Below, piece by piece: positions 58,402 to 64,000 of a stretch of 64,000 nt of DNA (within the stretch, counting starts at the first letter, position 1; each line of letters begins with the position of its first letter). Position numbers and translations under genes: made by a program. The stretch comes from Longimicrobiales bacterium (lineage in GTDB: Bacteria > Gemmatimonadota > Gemmatimonadetes > Longimicrobiales > Gaopeijiaceae). The DNA lies in assembly GCA_965249725.1 (NCBI GenBank), contig CBDFMQ010000002.1, forward strand, positions 2,656,001 to 2,720,000. The letters are read 5' to 3'. The notes beneath the pieces are model-generated. The model had not been told where the DNA came from and did no database searches. It saw only the letters and a program-made list of their open reading frames with translations.

Positions 58402-60135
58402 GTGAGCCCAGCCATACTGGCCGTCCTGGCCGCCCTACCGATTCTCCTGGGCGGAGTGCTGCTCGTAGGGTTCCGGGTCCCCGCCAAGTGGGCCATGCCG
58501 CTCGTCTACGTGACGGCGGTGGTCATCGCCTCAGGCGTCTGGAACATGTCGACCGCCGACGTGGCGGCCTCCTCCGTGCAGGGGCTGTTTCTCACCTTCG
58601 ACCTCCTGCTGATCATCTTCGGCGCCATTCTGCTCCTGAACACCCTCGAGCGGTCCGGTGGGGTCGCGGCGATCCGTCGGACGTTCCACGGTATCAGCGA
58701 CGACCGGCGGATCCAGGTGGTGATCATCGCGTGGCTCTTCGGCTCGTTCATCGAGGGAGCCGCGGGCTTCGGCACTCCGGCAGCGGTCGCGGCACCCCTC
58801 ATGGTCGCCATGGGCTTTCCCGCGGCCGGCGCCGTGATGATCGGGATGATGATCCAGAGCACGCCCGTAACGTTCGGAGCCGTCGGCACGCCGATTCTCG
58901 TCGGTGTGCAGGGCGGAGTGGCCAGCCCCGAGTTCACTGCCGCCCTGGCGGAGTGGGGAGTCAGCCTGAACGACTACATCCGGGCCGTGACGATCCGAGC
59001 TGCACTCCTCCACGGGATCACCGGGACGCTCATGCCCACGTTCATGGTCGTGATGATGACCCGATTCTTCGGGGAGAAGAAGTCATGGACGGAGGGCCTC
59101 TCCATCGTTCCCTTCGCCCTCTTCGGGGGCCTCGCATTCACGGTGCCCTACGTGCTGACCGCCTGGCTCCTGGGACCCGAGTTCCCCTCCCTGTTGGGTG
59201 CCCTCCTCGGCCTTGCCGTCGTCTCGTTCGCAGCCCGGAAGGGCTTCTTGGTGCCGTCCGACTCCTGGGACTTCCCGGATCGCAGCGCCTGGCCCGCCGA
59301 GTGGGTGAGCGGCCTCGAGGTCGTGGCCGAGGAGGAGGGCGAACACCCGGAGATGTCAGGGGCGAAGGCGTGGCTCCCATACCTGCTGCTGGCGGTCCTG
59401 CTAGTGCTGAGCCGACTCCCCTGGCTGCCCCTCGGGGCCGCGCTCCGGAGCGTGAGCATCCAATGGCCCGACATCTTCGGGACGAGTGTCAGCGCCACGA
59501 CGACCCCCCTCTATCTACCGGGAACGATTCTCATCTTCGTGGTGGGCATCACCGCGCTTCTCCACCGCATGAGCGTGGCCGCCCTCAAGACAGCCCTGGT
59601 GGACTCCAGTCGCGTGCTGCTCGGGGCCGGCTTCGTGCTCGTGTTCACGGTGCCCATGGTGCGCGTCTACATCAACTCCGGTGTGAACGCCGCGGGGCTG
59701 GCGTCGATGCCCCTGACGATGGCCGGATGGGTAGCCGACAACGTAGGGGGCATCTGGCCGCTCTTCGCGGGGGTGACCGGGGCGCTCGGGGCCTTCATCG
59801 CCGGATCGAACACGGTGAGCAACCTAATGTTCGCGGCGTTTCAGCACGGAGTGGCGACGAGCCTGGCCATTTCGAGCTCGATGATCGTAGCGCTCCAGGC
59901 CGTGGGAGCCGCCGCCGGCAACATGATCGCCATTCACAACGTGGTGGCGGCCTCGGCGACGGTCGGACTCTTGGGCTGAGAGGGGTCGACCCTGCGCAAG
60001 ACCATCCTTCCCACGCTGTACTATCTGGTGGTCATAGGGGTCTTGGGCCTCCTAGCCGTGTACGGACTCAGGTTGGCCGGGCCGCTCTGGGCGGGAGTGA
60101 CACTAAACCCTCCGGCAGGCGCCTTCGATCCGTAG
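58402..60135 (+). pseudogene. L-lactate permease (LctP family) with an in-frame TGA near the C-terminus
   Basis: [76 protein letters not shown] at 59977-59979; the frame stays open to TAG at 60135. Confidence 0.85.
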
Positions 60136-61203
60136 GCTCGAACGCCTCTCCGAAGAGATGATGTCGTAGAAGTCGTCCACGTACTTGAGCGCGCTCGTCT
60201 TCTTGTCCTCTTCGAGGCCCTCCACACCCACGTAGATCTCCTCGATCTGCGGGCGGAGGTCGTTGAACTCCGAGTACATGGTGGAGAAATCCACTTCGGG
60301 TCGGCAGAAGCCGCGATACATCCGGTTCTTGATCGTCTGAAGACCGAGTCGCTCATCGGGTTTGGCATAGGACGCCGCCACCAGGCCGGTGAAGTCGAAG
60401 TCGTACGGGATCGGGATGTAGATACCGTCGCTGTTCCGAAGCAGCTTCACGTTGTGGAAGTAGACCATGTCCCAGTCGGTATTCCCGACCATGTACTGGA
60501 AGAGCGCCATGCGCGCCGAGGCATCGGCATTCAGATTCGTCGGGTGGACCTGCGGCACATCGAGCATCATGCCACCGACCCGCTGCGCCACTGCCTCTTT
60601 GTCTTCGATGAAGAACGCGTACCGGGTCAGTGGTTCGTCCTTGCCTCGGGCGTCCACATAGGTGATCCGCGCCAAACGCACCCGGAAGCTGTTGTCCGTC
60701 AGCACATTGTAAGTGCGGTAGGCCAAGTATTCCTCGATGACGTTCTGCTCGTCACTGTCTCGGTCACGGCAGTGACTGACCAGCTTGATCTTGTCCTCCC
60801 CGTCGAACACGGTCCCGCCCATGGACTTCTTGGGGAGGTTGATCTTGAGAGGGGGGAATCGGCACGTCTCGAGCCTGAAGTGCCCTCGCGTTTTCACCTT
60901 GATGTCGATCGCACGTGGCTGGCCGTCGTCCGACGTCACGGTGAGAATCGCAGGCCGGTACTCGGGGTCCAGCCCCCGGTCCGCCTTGAGTTTGACGAAG
61001 TTGGTTTCGAGCGAGAGCTCGATCACCTCATGGGAGTTGAACAGGTCCGATTTCGGCGTCTGTACACTCGCCAGGTCCTGAGCTCCCAATCCTCCGGCCA
61101 AAGCCAACACCAAGGCGGGCAGTATGGACAGGAGGGCCGGTCCCACACCACGGAACCGTCCCTCCTTCAAACACGCATACATCCAGAGTCCTCCCGTCAT
61201 CAC
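60103..61203 (-). CDS. Secreted CotH-like kinase-fold hypothetical protein
   Basis: Signal peptide, KTRGHFR, EYLAYR.YN, GNTDW...HNVKL, PIPYDFD; start uncertain. Confidence 0.7.
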   Translation of the reverse strand: MMTGGLWMYACLKEGRFRGVGPALLSILPALVLALAGGLGAQDLASVQTPKSDLFNSHEVIELSLETNFVKLKADRGLDPEYRPAILTVTSDDGQPRAIDIKVKTRGHFRLETCRFPPLKINLPKKSMGGTVFDGEDKIKLVSHCRDRDSDEQNVIEEYLAYRTYNVLTDNSFRVRLARITYVDARGKDEPLTRYAFFIEDKEAVAQRVGGMMLDVPQVHPTNLNADASARMALFQYMVGNTDWDMVYFHNVKLLRNSDGIYIPIPYDFDFTGLVAASYAKPDERLGLQTIKNRMYRGFCRPEVDFSTMYSEFNDLRPQIEEIYVGVEGLEEDKKTSALKYVDDFYDIISSERRSSLRIEGACRRV

Positions 61204-61326
61204 CCATCACTCCAAGATCCACATCGCCATCCACCACCCTGAGTTCTACTACGGATCCTCGGGACAACTGTTTCAGGCCGTCACCCGCGCGGCGCAGGGG
61301 AGCCATGTCAGCGCAGCGGAGCAGCG

Positions 61327-62043
61327 TTAGTCGAGTCGCTTCACCAGTTTCTTGAGTCCGCGAGTATAGCTCGCGTGTTCCACCTCGAGGTGATGGCGGT
61401 ACGTCTCGTGATAGCGAACGCCTCCGCTCAGATCCTCTTCGGGCGACCGCTTTCTTCGCTTGAGCCAGGGGTTCATCGACCCCCTGCCCCACCCCGAGGC
61501 CAGGTAAAGGGCCATCGCGCGACACTGCCAATGGACGATCCCGAACTGTCCGCTGTCCGGCTGGATCAGCCCGACCACGAAGAGGTTGTCGCGCTCCGGA
61601 TGGAAGACGTGCTTGTAGAGGTGCGGGCGCCCATCCCGCCAATTGAGATGACCCTCGTCCATAAACGGAAACGTGATGAGGTACCCGGTGGCCGAGATGA
61701 GGAGATCGATGGCCTCCGACGTCCCGTCCGAGAAGTGGATTCGATCGCCACCCAGCCGCTCGAGGCCGGGCTTCGGTGTGATCGCTCCGTGCTGCACGAA
61801 GTAGGGCAGGAGCGTATTGACGATGGGGTGCGACTCGAAGAGCCCGTGGTCCGGCTCAGGAAGTCCGAGGTCCTCGTGACGTCCCATGAATAGGCGCAGG
61901 GATATGTTCGCGATGAGCCTCTGCACTCTCATGGGAATCCGAAGGGCGTGCATCAGGCTCGCCACTTGATCCGAGGGCTTACCCCAGAGGTACTTGGGAA
62001 TGTAGTGATAGCTCCTCCGAGTACTGTGGTATGCTGCCTCGGC
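61327..62043 (-). pseudogene. 5'-truncated flavin-containing monooxygenase
   Basis: HSTRRSYHYIPKY..GKP.D, SHPIVN, ISATGY..TFPF, VVGLIQP; the N-terminal FAD/NADPH motifs are absent and an in-frame TAG lies just upstream. Confidence 0.85.
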
Positions 62044-62553
62044 AGAGTACAGATGCTGTGAATCACGGCAAGGAATCGTCTAAGTTGAACTAGGACTGCA
62101 CGATCTGCCATTCTTGCCGTTGGATCATTTCTGACTCCACCGGATTGAAATAGCCGGGGAAACGGCATCGAATGGCGGGAATCGGGGCGTCCCTTGGCTC
62201 CTGGGGGCGGGGACTCGTCGCGCAAGCCATGGACCACCCGAATCGCCGAATCTGGTTCGGGGCCGTGACAGTGCCCAAAAGAGCTTCCAAGCACGCCCTG
62301 ATACGCCGCCCGGAACCCTCTGTCGTCCCCTACCACCTCCGAAGATCCATCCCCTCGGGACCGGTGCAGGAGCTCGGGCTCACTTGTCGTTGGACGAGAC
62401 TGGGGGTTGCGTCCTCGCCGGTCCGACAGGTTGACTTGAAGTTCAAGACTACCCATCGGACTACCGCCCAGACAGGGAGATACGGGGTCCGATCATCTTG
62501 ACCCCAGGGACGCCTTGGCGTCCCTGTATTCTTGGGGAATCAATCCGGACAAT

Positions 62554-63125
62554 ATGCCCGAGGCAGATCACTCTGCTGATGCTCGCCACCGCGTTCGGGT
62601 GTTCGTCGACTTCTGGAACTACACCCTCCACATGCGGGCCGTTGACGACCCGTTCCGCACGGACTGGTCACAGTTGGGGCCGGTGCTGTCGCGCGCCGCG
62701 GCTGAGGTGGTCGATCCGACCGCGACGGGCGAGTATCAGGGACTGAACTTCTACGGCTCCTACAACCCGGCCAGCGAAACCGACCGACAACTCCACCGAT
62801 GGGCAACGGGAGTCGTGGACACGTTTCCGGGGGTGAAGGTGTCAATAGCTCCCCGGCAGAGGAAGCGTTCGCCACCGGCGTGCCCCAGTTGCCACCAGCG
62901 GCTGACCACATGCCCGTCGATAACTACGACATTGCAGTGCTGGTCTCGTCCGACCGGGACTTCGTGCCCGTGGCCGAATTCCTTGAGACCCGGGGTGTCA
63001 AAGTGATCCATGGTGCCTTCCCGCCGATGGGCTCGCAGCTGACGGCGCGGTGCTGGGGAAGTGTAAACGTCCCACGTCTGCGGGAGAAGTTCCGTTTCAC
63101 CCGGGCAGCACGCGGCGGCACCTGA
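62554..63125 (+). pseudogene. NYN (LabA/DUF88) domain protein with internal deletion and frameshift
   Basis: RVFVDFWN...CPSCH..LTTCP in one frame; VDNYDIAVLVSSDRDFVP in another; the usual EKGVD segment is missing; junction near 62916. Confidence 0.8.
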
Positions 63126-63464
63126 CGGCAGGAACAGAAACCGGGAAGGTCACTTTCCATGCAGGTGGACCCGGCGAGGTCGCCCGAGCGATGAGAGCCC
63201 GGTACGGAGCCGCGGTCCGCCCGGCGGTCGGATCTGACCGGATGGGCGGCTCGCCGCCAAGACGGTCCTCCACCTCCACTTCCGGCTTGCGCGACGGTCG
63301 GCGAACCGCGCCGCGGGAGGCCGCGGCAAGGCCGGAGGTCCCCATGGACGAACGAGGACGCGGCGCAAGCCCTTGTCGGGGAGGCACAGTACCGATGGGG
63401 TAATCCACGGTGCCGTGTGGCAAGGCCGGCGTTTCCGGTCCCGGAATGACGCTCGAGGCGGGGC

Positions 63465-64000
63465 TCAGCGCCGGGCGGGCGGGAGCGCGTCGCCGGCCGC
63501 GCCGAGCCGGCCGCCGAGGGTCAGGCGGTTGCCGAGCGCGGAGCGGCTGAAGGATCCGGTCCAGGCGAAGAGCCGGCCTCCGGGGAGGCGGAGCGCGTAC
63601 TCGCCGCGCGCGTCGAGCGTCCACGGCCCGCCGTCCGCGCGGCCCGGCGGGCGGCGTCCGCGGAGCTGCTCCTCCCACAGCGCGGCGGAGCCCGCCGCGG
63701 GGCCGCCCCAGCGCGGCGACACCGAGAGCGAGAGCCCCTCGGACGACTGGCCGCCGATGCTCAGCGTGACGGCGGCGCCGCGCTCCTCGTATCCCGCGGC
63801 GGAGTGGAGCACCAGGATCCGGCCCCGCGCGTCGATCCTCACCGGGCCGCCCACGGCCCGGAGCCCGCCGGAGACCTCGAGCCCGTTGCCCGTCTGGCCC
63901 GAGCCGCACCGGCGGCGAGAGCTCGAACCCGAGGCGCTGCTGGTCGACCGCCACGGCGTGGCCGTCGACGGACTCGTCGCCCGCTTCGGTCCCGAGCCGA
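63465..64000 (-). pseudogene. C-terminal autotransporter-like beta-domain fragment, frameshifted and very GC-rich
   Basis: QQRLGFELS / GQTGNGLEVSGGLR...YEERG...GLSLSVSPRWG...LDARGEY; frame switch near 63905; runs off the window. Confidence 0.6.

Noticed and set aside
1..64000. Genome-wide reassignment of UGA to a sense codon
   Set aside because: Conserved genes end on TGA at their natural C-termini (for example 21849 and 45387) and several use ATGA/GTGA coupling.

Overview
GC-rich (roughly two-thirds G+C by eye) bacterial chromosomal segment with about 55 genes. The gene repertoire (Big_2 lipoproteins, TolB_N/CsgG-like TPR proteins, VPS10 propeller, amidohydrolases, HEAT-cyclophilin) suggests Gemmatimonadota; this is inference. 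Housekeeping content includes a ferredoxin-NADP reductase, mlaE-mlaF-mlaD, rho, ada, a succinate-semialdehyde dehydrogenase, thyX, a DAK2-DegV fusion, split aconitase X and several transporters. I saw no rRNA, tRNA or CRISPR array. Most notable: (1) thyX interrupted inside its RHR-x7-S motif by a 382-aa intein carrying an HTH plus HNH endonuclease, with a perfect CGAAC-N4-GTTCG box upstream; (2) an OsmC-family gene missed by the ORF track, with an in-frame UGA at the catalytic Cys position, a SECIS-like hairpin and a +1 frameshift in a G7 run; (3) a GspE/PilB N-terminal module fused to a receiver domain with no ATPase; (4) a beta-lactamase-fold membrane protein lacking all catalytic residues; (5) a TPR/CsgG-like lipoprotein, beta-barrel and Ig-lipoprotein operon next to an 82-bp duplication and an M15-like peptidase; (6) many short tandem duplications at gene ends and many gene lesions, ending in a degraded and compositionally distinct last 2.7 kb. 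Family assignments come from recognising motifs by eye, not from database searches.
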